From positions 7,983 through 71,982 of IMG/VR virus record IMGVR_UViG_3300008113_000479: a stretch of 64,000 nucleotides of DNA, one strand, 5' to 3'. This document shows, piece after piece, positions 17,946 to 26,293 of the stretch (position 1 is its first letter; each line of letters begins with the position of its first letter). Position numbers and translations under genes: made by a program. The stretch is from a virus. Taxonomy: Duplodnaviria; Caudoviricetes. Under the pieces are notes generated by a model that made no database searches, was not told where the DNA came from, and was given only the letters and a program-made list of their open reading frames with translations.

Positions 17946-20462
17946 TTACCCCCTTATTCTCATTATTGTACTACCAAGTATTACTTGACCAACTAAAATT
18001 GCTGCAACTAAAACTTCTTTAGCATCTTGTCTTTCTTGTGGAGACATATCTGCTCCAATATTTGCTAATGCTTTACTCAACTCACACTTTTGTTCTTCAG
18101 TTAATCCTTCAATTGCTTCATCTGGATTAAAGCATCCAGCAATTGCATTAACAAGTGCTGCTGGAGATTCTAACGTGAGTAATGCTGAGGCGACTTCTGC
18201 TGTAATAACTACTGGATTACCGCTAGCATCTTCTCTAACTTCTACTGGAATTGATGGTGGTAGGTCTCGGTATTCAAGGCCCGCTGCTTCAATTGCTGCT
18301 GCTTCTACTGGAGCACCTTCTGCTGATGTAACTAAAACATCTGCAACTAAATCTTTTTCTGCTAATGTCAGAACACCATCTTCAGATAATGCTTCAGATA
18401 AATTAACAACTTCATTTACAGTAATTTCTCCATCTGCAAAAAGTATTTCTGTAATTAATTCAGATTCTTCTATAGACAATCCGCCTTTAGACAATGTAGA
18501 AGATATCTCAGAAATAACCTCTTCTGAAACTTCTCCGCCTTCAGAAATTAATTCTAATATTGCATCGGCATCCTCAGCTGTTAAATTTCCATCTTCAATT
18601 AAATCACTAACAACCTCTTGAGCCTCTTCAACAGTTAATTCTTGCTCCTCTACTGCTGGTTCGTCAATAACTGGCTCATCAACTACTGGTTCTTCTATTA
18701 TTGGCTCTTCTATAACAGGTTCGTCAATAACTGGCTCATCAACTACTGGTTCATCAATAATTGGTTCATCAATAATTGGTTCTATTGGTGTTATGTAAGA
18801 TGGCTGTGACGGCACACTAATTATTTCTTCTTGTGGAATTGTAATAATAGTTTCAACATACTGGCTTACTGGACCAGACCAGTTTGCAATTCTAATTGTA
18901 TATGAAGCACCTTCTGTTAATCCAGTTAATTGAATAGATTCTGGTGCGCCGTCTGTATTATATGTCCCACCAGCATAAGGATTTTCTGCTGTTGGGTCGT
19001 CAGTAATTACTTGATAAAACCATGTGTTTGGAGTATATCCAGAAGGCAATTCTGGTGTAACAGTTACTGTTGTGCCATCTACTACTGCTTGAGATATTAT
19101 TGGCGCAGGAGTTGGTATATTATTATTAATAACGGTTATAAGTTGATTAGACTTAGTATTTAGTGTTGATTGCAATGATGTTTTTGTTGATAGTGCTGAA
19201 TTTAAAGTATTTGTTAAAGAATTTGTATTAATAGAATTTATTACAGAAGTATTTAAAGTATTTTGTGAAACAACTGGACTCAAGCTTTGGTTTAATTGTG
19301 TAATAGTGGCATTAGCTGCATCTACTGCTGCTTGAACGGTTGATGTATTTGGATCTACATATGGAGTAAATGATGGACCCTGACTAATTTGTCCAGAAAA
19401 TCCAGTACCAGTATTAGTGTCTGTAATTTCAGTAATTGTGCCATTATTTGTTTCTCTATAATTAAATCTTGCTCCGCCTGGTATTGGTCCAACTGCTGTT
19501 ACATTTGCCATCCATGCACCATCATTTGGATTTACATCTGCATTGAATCTAATTTGAACCATTTGTGTAGAAGCATCTTGTTGTGGATAAGGCCTTAAAT
19601 CCCAAGCAATGTCTAAACTTGTTCCAGTAGTTGAATATGTAATTCCAGTTCCTGTACTCCAAGTTGTCCAGTCCCATCCAGCAATAGAAACTGATGGGGC
19701 ATCTGGAGTTTGATAATAAACCCATCCCTGATCGACACCAAATGTTATTGTTGCATTTGATCCTACATAAACATCATTATAAACTGTTCCGCCCATTTGC
19801 ATTCCAAAAGGTAAAGTCATTCTTACTCCAGCGTCATCTACGCCAGCCAAAACGTTTGTTGTTGTTCCAATAGTTGCCTGTAAATTATTTACTGCTGTTT
19901 GAGCATTATCAATAGCAATATTTGCCTGAGTTAATTCTGTTTGAGCAGTTGCCTGTGCTGTAGAGGCTGCTGTTTTTGCTGCAGTGACTTGAGATATTTC
20001 AGTCTGTGCTGCGGTAACAGTAATGCTATCTATTGATGTTTGAGCAGATGTAATAGTTAATTTAGCATCTTGAACTATTTGAGAGCTTTGATCTGTTGGT
20101 GTTGCTACTATATTAATATTATTTATCGTAGTAGTTGCAGTATCAACTAAATTAATTGCTGTTTGGGCCATTGAAATACTTTGAGATACTTGTGTTACTG
20201 CTGTTTGAGCTTGAGACAACTCTGTTTGTGCCACTGATACTAGTGCTGTAGATGAGTCCGTTGCTGCAATAGCTTGTTGAACTTCTGTGTTAGCTATACC
20301 AAGAGCATTATTTACTGCTTGTTGCGCTGGGCTTACTATTACCTGTTCTTGTCCGCCCTGCTCTGTAGCCCACGCATAACTTGGCCCAATAAAAAATAGC
20401 CAACCTGTTACAAAAAGGCTAGCTAAAAAGTATTTTAACTTTCTACTCAATTGGTTCTCCAA
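17946..20462 (-). CDS. large exported acidic protein with coiled coils, an FN3-like domain, EPxx repeats and a C-terminal anchor
   Basis: Signal peptide, LTGLTEGASYTIRIAN, hydrophobic C-terminus followed by RIRG. Confidence 0.7.
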   Translation of the reverse strand: MENQLSRKLKYFLASLFVTGWLFFIGPSYAWATEQGGQEQVIVSPAQQAVNNALGIANTEVQQAIAATDSSTALVSVAQTELSQAQTAVTQVSQSISMAQTAINLVDTATTTINNINIVATPTDQSSQIVQDAKLTITSAQTSIDSITVTAAQTEISQVTAAKTAASTAQATAQTELTQANIAIDNAQTAVNNLQATIGTTTNVLAGVDDAGVRMTLPFGMQMGGTVYNDVYVGSNATITFGVDQGWVYYQTPDAPSVSIAGWDWTTWSTGTGITYSTTGTSLDIAWDLRPYPQQDASTQMVQIRFNADVNPNDGAWMANVTAVGPIPGGARFNYRETNNGTITEITDTNTGTGFSGQISQGPSFTPYVDPNTSTVQAAVDAANATITQLNQSLSPVVSQNTLNTSVINSINTNSLTNTLNSALSTKTSLQSTLNTKSNQLITVINNNIPTPAPIISQAVVDGTTVTVTPELPSGYTPNTWFYQVITDDPTAENPYAGGTYNTDGAPESIQLTGLTEGASYTIRIANWSGPVSQYVETIITIPQEEIISVPSQPSYITPIEPIIDEPIIDEPVVDEPVIDEPVIEEPIIEEPVVDEPVIDEPAVEEQELTVEEAQEVVSDLIEDGNLTAEDADAILELISEGGEVSEEVISEISSTLSKGGLSIEESELITEILFADGEITVNEVVNLSEALSEDGVLTLAEKDLVADVLVTSAEGAPVEAAAIEAAGLEYRDLPPSIPVEVREDASGNPVVITAEVASALLTLESPAALVNAIAGCFNPDEAIEGLTEEQKCELSKALANIGADMSPQERQDAKEVLVAAILVGQVILGSTIMRIRG
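18652..18790 (-). repeat. 15-bp tandem repeats encoding EP(I/V)(I/V)(D/E), about 9 copies
   Basis: EPIIDEPIIDEPVVDEPVIDEPVIEEPIIEEPVVDEPVIDEPAVE. Confidence 0.9.
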
Positions 20463-20489
20463 TGCAACAAAATTTTTGTTACATTGGAA

Positions 20490-20639
20490 TTATATCATGT
20501 GTACACCAACTGTTCCATATGATCTTGTCATTGAGTATCCGCAAGAAGGACAAGGTGGTACAACTTCTGTTTCATCAAACTTACGAGTAACTTCTAATGA
20601 CTTATCGCATGTTATACAACTGTATTCATATATTGGCAT
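20490..20639 (-). CDS. FmdB-family zinc-ribbon protein (C-terminus looks truncated)
   Basis: Read manually: MPIYEYSCITCD...CPSCGYSMTRSYGTVGVHMI. Confidence 0.75.
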   Translation of the reverse strand: MPIYEYSCITCDKSLEVTRKFDETEVVPPCPSCGYSMTRSYGTVGVHMI

Positions 20640-21046
20640 TACTTACCGCTTTTCTTTCTCTTTTCTGCTAAGGCAACAAAATCTTTAACCTTAGTCTCTC
20701 CCATGTATCCCCAAGCATATCCATCTTCAATCATCTGCTCATTTACAGATTTTGTATTACCATCAAGATAAACCCATCCAAGTATTCTGCCATATTTTTC
20801 TGAACTGTCTGGCTTTTCTGTTTTTACAACTATATTCTTAGCATCTTTAAATTTATATTTAAGATACTCTTTAGATTCTAGTCCTAAAGTTTTTTCTAAC
20901 TTATCTGTTGTTCTAGATTCTGGGGTATCTATGCCAGCTAATCTTAATCTTTGAGAATATGAAATACTAAATCCAAGATCAATGTCAACATCAATAGTAT
21001 CTCCGTCCACTATTTTTGTTACTTGCTTAACTCTGTACTCAAACAT
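20639..21046 (-). CDS. thermonuclease (SNase-like)
   Basis: KIVDGDTID, RLAGIDTPES, EKYGRILG; start MFEY follows AAGGAG. Confidence 0.9.
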   Translation of the reverse strand: MFEYRVKQVTKIVDGDTIDVDIDLGFSISYSQRLRLAGIDTPESRTTDKLEKTLGLESKEYLKYKFKDAKNIVVKTEKPDSSEKYGRILGWVYLDGNTKSVNEQMIEDGYAWGYMGETKVKDFVALAEKRKKSGK

Positions 21047-21063
21047 ATTTCTCCTTAAATTTA

Positions 21064-21160
21064 AAGAGCAGTTTCTAGACATGCTCAGGTCCATCCAGTT
21101 ATTTAATGTCGCTGTCTCCCCCGACGGTATCTGCGACTCCCCAGTGACGGGGTGCAGACT
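21064..21160 (-). ncRNA. candidate structured RNA (two hairpins plus an H-type pseudoknot)
   Basis: GC-rich intergenic island after TGATATAAT; pairings TCTGC/GCAGA, CCCC/GGGG, GTCG/CGAC, TGGAC/GTCTA, and loop GAGCA with downstream TGCTC. Confidence 0.55.
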
Positions 21161-21169
21161 TATATTATA

Positions 21170-21595
21170 TCAGTCGTTTATATCTTTTATCTTAAATGTT
21201 TTTGGTTTTTGATCTTCTGGGGTGTTTTTAAATAAAGAAACAGCCAAAATACCATTCATCCATGTAACATGCTTAATCTCAATATTTTCTGCAAGAGAAA
21301 AAGTTCTTGTAAAGTTTCTGGTTGCTATACCCTTATGGATATATTTTTCTTGACCATCTTCTTCAATATTTCCTTTGATAGTTAAATTATTTTTTTCTTG
21401 AGATACTTCAATGTCATCCTTAGAGAATCCAGCTAATGCTAGTTCAATCATATAAGTATCATCAGTAAATTTGATTAAGTTATATGGTGGATAGTTTGAT
21501 GTGTTTTTTGGAAGGCTTTCAATTTCTTTAAAAAAAGAATCCCAACCAATAAAAAATGGATCTTTAAAAAGATCCATAGACAATGTACTTACCAT
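21170..21595 (-). CDS. small heat-shock protein Hsp20 (IbpA-like)
   Basis: NYPPYNL, IELALAGF, YIHKGIATRNFTRTF, NGIL. Confidence 0.93.
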   Translation of the reverse strand: MVSTLSMDLFKDPFFIGWDSFFKEIESLPKNTSNYPPYNLIKFTDDTYMIELALAGFSKDDIEVSQEKNNLTIKGNIEEDGQEKYIHKGIATRNFTRTFSLAENIEIKHVTWMNGILAVSLFKNTPEDQKPKTFKIKDIND

Positions 21596-21650
21596 TTTAT
21601 TCCTCCTTCAAGCGAATAAGTTAATATAGGTCCCATTCGGCGACCTATAT
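21593..21650 (-). promoter_or_regulatory. ROSE-like RNA thermometer in the hsp20 5' UTR
   Basis: ATAGGTC/GACCTAT hairpin, then TTATTCGCTTGAAGGAGGAATAA sequestering the SD with a UCGCU motif. Confidence 0.6.
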
Positions 21651-21665
21651 ATATTATATCATAGG

Positions 21666-22631
21666 CTAAAATAGTTGTCTATTTATTATTTCTGTATAGA
21701 ATTCTTCAGCCATATGTATATGTTTATGTATCCCCCAATGACCAAAACTATTTTCGCTAAAATCAGCAGCATTATTAAATAAAGGGTGTTCGCTATACTC
21801 TTTGTGGCATTTTAAATGAATAGTTGATTGATTTTGAAATGACTTTGTTATATCTTCAGGTCTTCCTGCAAAATAATTATTTAAAATATGACTAATTGTA
21901 TTATTATTTTTAATATATGAATATATCAAGCTATTATTATCTTCCCAAAAATTCCAAATTAATTTTATATCATTTGAATTACAATATTCTTCTAACATTT
22001 TAATAAAAATAAAACTAATAAAAATTGCATATTCTCCTGGAAGAATGCTTTCTGCGTTGTATGGTGACTTTGCATATTTTGGTCTTTCTCTATTTCTTAT
22101 GTTAACAGAAAGAATTGTTTCTTTTGTATCTTTTTTTATGTTATTAAAATTAGGTTCAAAATAATTTTCTATATTTGGAAACTCTACTCTAAAAATTGGA
22201 AATGTTGCAACTATTAACTTTGGCTTTCCAATTTTATTAAAATATTCAAATGCCTTTATTACTTGACCTTGTAATGAGTCACCGCCTAGAGCAAGTCTAG
22301 CAAAATTAGTATTTAATTTTTTTGATAAAATATGTGGCCAAGTAAAGTCATCAATCATTCCATATCCATAAGTTTGAGAGCATCCAAGTATAAGAATATC
22401 TGCTGGATCTATAAAGTTTTCTGATCTATAGAAGTCTGAATTTATTTTATATTCTATTTTTAATATTTTATCATTTTGCATGTAAATTGGAGGCGGAACA
22501 TCTTTAGGATTTTTTAAGTTATCGTTTGGAGCATTATAATTTAAAGAAGATAAGTTCCTATAAAATAAATCTGGGTACAGGTCTATTAAATTTTCACTAT
22601 GCACAAAAGATTTAGGAAATTTCTTTACCAT
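21666..22631 (-). CDS. SGNH/GDSL-hydrolase-like protein
   Basis: ILGCSQTYGYG, LALGGDS, GHWG..H. Confidence 0.7.
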   Translation of the reverse strand: MVKKFPKSFVHSENLIDLYPDLFYRNLSSLNYNAPNDNLKNPKDVPPPIYMQNDKILKIEYKINSDFYRSENFIDPADILILGCSQTYGYGMIDDFTWPHILSKKLNTNFARLALGGDSLQGQVIKAFEYFNKIGKPKLIVATFPIFRVEFPNIENYFEPNFNNIKKDTKETILSVNIRNRERPKYAKSPYNAESILPGEYAIFISFIFIKMLEEYCNSNDIKLIWNFWEDNNSLIYSYIKNNNTISHILNNYFAGRPEDITKSFQNQSTIHLKCHKEYSEHPLFNNAADFSENSFGHWGIHKHIHMAEEFYTEIINRQLF

Positions 22632-24045
22632 ATAATTCTTTCCAAATAATTGTATCCCCTTTATCGTTTAATAAAGGTTGACCTTTTACATTTAAACTAG
22701 TATTAAGTAATATTGGAACACCAGTTCTTGAATAAAATTGATTTAAAACTTTCCATAAACCTTCATGCTGTTCTCTATTTACTGTTTGAACTCTAGATGT
22801 ACCATCTGCATGAACTACAGATGGTATTAATTCTGGTTTTTTACATTTAACTGCATACTGCATATATGGCGATGTAAAATTCATTTCAAACCAGTCTTTG
22901 GCAAACTCTTCCATAACTACTGGTGCAAACGGTCTAAATTCTTCTCTTTGTTTAATTAAATTAACTTTGTTCTTTATGTCAGGATCTCTTGCATCTGCCA
23001 ATATGCTTCTGTTGCCTAATGCTCTTGGACCATATTCTGCTCTTCCATTGGCAACGGCTACAATTTTATTTTTTATTAAATTTTCTATAATTTTATCTAC
23101 TGGGTAGTCCCCTTTAATATTGTGTCCAAGATATGGAGTTTCCCAATTTAAATGTTTACCGTATAATGCTGCTGCTGCTCCTAAAGAACTTCCAGCATCT
23201 CCAGGGTTTGGCATAATCCAAATGTCTTTAAATATTTTCCATAGAATTGTGTTAGCAGAGCAATTTAATGCACACCCACCCATAAACACTAAATTATTTT
23301 TTCCAGTTAACTCTTTTGCCATATTCATAAATTCAAACAGTCTAGACTCATACACTTCTTGAACTGCTGCTGCTATATCAAATTTATCTTGCTCAGTAAC
23401 CAAGCCCCAGTCATTAATTCCTTTATGAAAATTATATTTTTGATTATTAATAGATGAAAAATATTTATTGACTTTTAAACGATATTTATTTGCATCACCA
23501 TATGCAGCCATTCCCATTAAAATATACTCTTCTTCATTAGGCTTTAAGCCAACTAATTGTGTAAAAGCTGAGTAAAATAACCCAAAACTAAACGGGTAAT
23601 TCTTTTTATACACTTGTTTAATTTTAGATCCTTCACCAATCCAAATAGTTGATGTATTCCATTCGCCAATAGAATCAAGCACAACTATTACAGCATCATT
23701 AAATTTACTAGTATAGTATCCAGCACAGGCATGAGAATAATGATGTTTGAAATATGTTGTTGGAACTATTCTATTAAACATATTAGTTATTTTATATTGT
23801 GGAAGCCAATCGCCATTACCACCTTTTAACAATAACCTAGAGGCCTTTAATAATGGTTTTTCATAATAAGCTATTTTATCTGGAAAGCCATGTTGTATGG
23901 CGTCATCAATTAAATCCTTATTTGTATACCAGTCATTTTTCTTTTTACTATATCTTTCAGCATGTCCAGCAAAAAGTATATTCCCATCTTTAATTAAGGA
24001 TACAGATGCATCATGCGATGTTTCATTAATTCCTAAAATGATCAT
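22612..24045 (-). CDS. carbamoyltransferase (NodU/CmcH/TobZ family)
   Basis: ILGINETSHDAS, HHYSHA, LMGMAAYG, GGCALN, GPRALGNRSILA, REEFRPFAP, LLNTSLN; start moved to MIILG. Confidence 0.95.
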   Translation of the reverse strand: MIILGINETSHDASVSLIKDGNILFAGHAERYSKKKNDWYTNKDLIDDAIQHGFPDKIAYYEKPLLKASRLLLKGGNGDWLPQYKITNMFNRIVPTTYFKHHYSHACAGYYTSKFNDAVIVVLDSIGEWNTSTIWIGEGSKIKQVYKKNYPFSFGLFYSAFTQLVGLKPNEEEYILMGMAAYGDANKYRLKVNKYFSSINNQKYNFHKGINDWGLVTEQDKFDIAAAVQEVYESRLFEFMNMAKELTGKNNLVFMGGCALNCSANTILWKIFKDIWIMPNPGDAGSSLGAAAALYGKHLNWETPYLGHNIKGDYPVDKIIENLIKNKIVAVANGRAEYGPRALGNRSILADARDPDIKNKVNLIKQREEFRPFAPVVMEEFAKDWFEMNFTSPYMQYAVKCKKPELIPSVVHADGTSRVQTVNREQHEGLWKVLNQFYSRTGVPILLNTSLNVKGQPLLNDKGDTIIWKELYGKEIS

Positions 24046-24905
24046 TGTAAAGCTTTCTGAAAATACTCTGCGTAATGAGTATGCATATGTACGCCCCAAT
24101 GTGCTCTATCTATTCCATATTCTATATCGCTACCACGATCAAATATTTCATTAAAATCATTTTTTAAATTAATATGGCAACCATTGTTAATTTCTTTTTC
24201 TATATGCTCTGTATTAATTAAAAAATCAAATTCGTTAGACTCAATTAATGGAGGCAAAAATCTATTGTCCCAAGTTGACCAAACTAATTTAATATTTGAA
24301 GATTTACAATACTGCTCTAAAATTTGTATATACTTTATTGATAGCCATCTTGGAACAATTAAGGGCATTACGTCTTCTATATAATGTGGGGCTTTAGAGT
24401 ATTTTGGTAAATCATGATGGTGTTCTCCTAAAAATATTCTAGCTAAATCTTTATTTAGTTTATCACTCTTTGAGGTCCAGATTTTATTATCTACTGGCAA
24501 TTGTATTCTATCTAGGTCTGGGAATAAACATATTAAGTTTTTAGGATTTCCATATTCTTTAAAATATGCAAATATAGAATTAATTATAGATAGTACAGAT
24601 GCTCCAGGGTATCCTAAATTAGTATAAGATAGCGACATATTATTAGCAACTTGAACACCCCAAATTTTTTCTTCTGGCACTCCGCTACCAAATGTAAATG
24701 AGCAACCACCAATTAATATATCCGCTTTGCCAGAAATTTCTTTTCCTCTAAAACCATGGCTATTTATATAATAATATCTTGTTGGATCCGTTATTTCATT
24801 TAGACCACGCTCTTGATACCCATATCTTTCAGAGGGCTCAGATTTATTTAAAAAACTATAAAACATTTTTGAATTATCATATTGAGGATAGATAGAGTTA
24901 AACAT
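24042..24905 (-). CDS. SGNH/GDSL-hydrolase-like protein
   Basis: INSHGFRG, IGGCSFTFGSG, NLGYPGAS, DRAHWG. Confidence 0.72.
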   Translation of the reverse strand: MFNSIYPQYDNSKMFYSFLNKSEPSERYGYQERGLNEITDPTRYYYINSHGFRGKEISGKADILIGGCSFTFGSGVPEEKIWGVQVANNMSLSYTNLGYPGASVLSIINSIFAYFKEYGNPKNLICLFPDLDRIQLPVDNKIWTSKSDKLNKDLARIFLGEHHHDLPKYSKAPHYIEDVMPLIVPRWLSIKYIQILEQYCKSSNIKLVWSTWDNRFLPPLIESNEFDFLINTEHIEKEINNGCHINLKNDFNEIFDRGSDIEYGIDRAHWGVHMHTHYAEYFQKALQ

Positions 24906-24994
24906 TAATATATAAACCTATCATTGTTTTTATTTTTTTTAAATATCTTTTTAATGTTATAAAAAAATATATAAATGTAATATTTAATCATCAT
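24905..24994 (-). CDS. 29-aa peptide ending in FIY
   Basis: Read manually: MMIKYYIYIFFYNIKKIFKKNKNNDRFIY; TAATG coupling to the SGNH gene. Confidence 0.5.
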   Translation of the reverse strand: MMIKYYIYIFFYNIKKIFKKNKNNDRFIY

Positions 24995-25283
24995 CAAGAG
25001 GCATAATTCCTTTTTCTTCAATAATTCTTTTAGCTTCCTCTGTTAAACTAATAGTTGCCTGTAAATTTTCATTATATTCAACTGATATCAAATCTTTACT
25101 GTATAGATCAAGTAGTGCTTCATCTACATAATCGGCATGAGCTTTCCATAATTCTGGGGCTATTTCTTTTGCCTTATCTGTAACTTTAAAAACTATTTCA
25201 CCAGATTCATCAATACCAGATAATTCTATTGCACCAATTTCTATATAATAATCAAACAAATCGTTATCCTCTGACTCTTCCAT
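24984..25283 (-). CDS. acidic hypothetical protein
   Basis: AGGAG RBS; ORF follows the tRNA. Confidence 0.7.
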   Translation of the reverse strand: MEESEDNDLFDYYIEIGAIELSGIDESGEIVFKVTDKAKEIAPELWKAHADYVDEALLDLYSKDLISVEYNENLQATISLTEEAKRIIEEKGIMPLDDD

Positions 25284-25295
25284 GGCATCTCCTTG

Positions 25296-25369
25296 TGCAA
25301 CAGGTAGGACTTGAACCTACGATTACCGAATTATGAGTTCGGGGCTTTAACCAACTAAGCTACTGTTGC
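25296..25369 (-). tRNA. tRNA with CAT anticodon (Met or Ile2); no encoded CCA
   Basis: GCAACAG/CTGTTGC acceptor, GCTT/AAGC D-stem, CCGAA-CTCATAA-TTCGG anticodon arm, GTAGG-TTCAAGT-CCTAC T-arm; TTGACC-17-TATAAT promoter at 25381-25409. Confidence 0.93.
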
Positions 25370-25413
25370 TTATAAATAACATTATATATATTATTTATAA
25401 AACGGTCAATAGC

Positions 25414-26058
25414 TTAAAACTTATTATGCTTATAAAAATCTTTAGTATGAATAAATCCAGGAAGAACGTAACGCATAGGTCCGTCTTTTGGTGCCCTTAC
25501 TCCGTGCTCAAATTCTTCTGTTCCAGGAAATATTAATAATGATCCTGATTTTGGTTTTATTTCAAAATCTTTTTTAACAAAATAAAATTCTCCCCCATTA
25601 TAATTATCATTTAAATATATAATTGAGGCATATCTAATTGATGGGTCTGTGTGTTGATCTACATGGCTTTTTAATGGAACATCTTTATATTGTCTTTGAA
25701 TGCTTCCAAATCCAGGTACATCTAAGTCTGGAAAATCTTTTAGAACAGATTTTAATCTTTCTGTAATTTGAGTTCTTTCTGGCAAATTATTTGTACTTAT
25801 TATTTTATCTGCCCAGTTATCTGTAATTTCAAATTTTCCTTCTTTAACTAAATTATCAACATCATCTCTTCCAAATTTTTGCATACAAAATCTTTTTAGA
25901 TTTTCTGTATATTCTACTCTCCAGCCGTCTTCATCAGTGTTCTCTGCAACATTAACTAAAGTATTTATTTCCTCTTTGGTTAAAAAATTATCAACCAATA
26001 AAACTTCGTCAATTACATATCTAGCGCTGTATCCGTTTTCAATAAATTTAGTTAGCAT
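25414..26058 (-). CDS. 2OG-Fe(II) oxygenase (P4H-like)
   Basis: SHVD, YLNDNYNGGEF, HGV...RY. Confidence 0.88.
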   Translation of the reverse strand: MLTKFIENGYSARYVIDEVLLVDNFLTKEEINTLVNVAENTDEDGWRVEYTENLKRFCMQKFGRDDVDNLVKEGKFEITDNWADKIISTNNLPERTQITERLKSVLKDFPDLDVPGFGSIQRQYKDVPLKSHVDQHTDPSIRYASIIYLNDNYNGGEFYFVKKDFEIKPKSGSLLIFPGTEEFEHGVRAPKDGPMRYVLPGFIHTKDFYKHNKF

Positions 26059-26293
26059 TATTTTCCTTTGATATGTTTACTTCAACAATATTTTGCACGT
26101 ATTCAGAAAAATGTTTTCTAACGTTTCCAGGTGGCCTAGACCCTATTGCATTCCAAATCCTTGTATATTCTACTATATTTGAAAATGTTGTTGGGCATAC
26201 CATGTTACCATTATACTCTTTTAATACTGTGGGCAGGGGAACATGTTTACCACAACACTTGCACTCTTTAGCTTTTTCTTGATATATACTCAT
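26048..26293 (-). CDS. Cys-containing hypothetical protein
   Basis: CKCCGKH and CPTT. Confidence 0.65.
   Translation of the reverse strand: MSIYQEKAKECKCCGKHVPLPTVLKEYNGNMVCPTTFSNIVEYTRIWNAIGSRPPGNVRKHFSEYVQNIVEVNISKENNAN

Noticed and set aside
21066-21095. Hammerhead ribozyme (CTGAGCA...GAAAC)
   Set aside because: The core deviates from CUGAnGA and stems II/III do not form; the pseudoknot pairing fits better.
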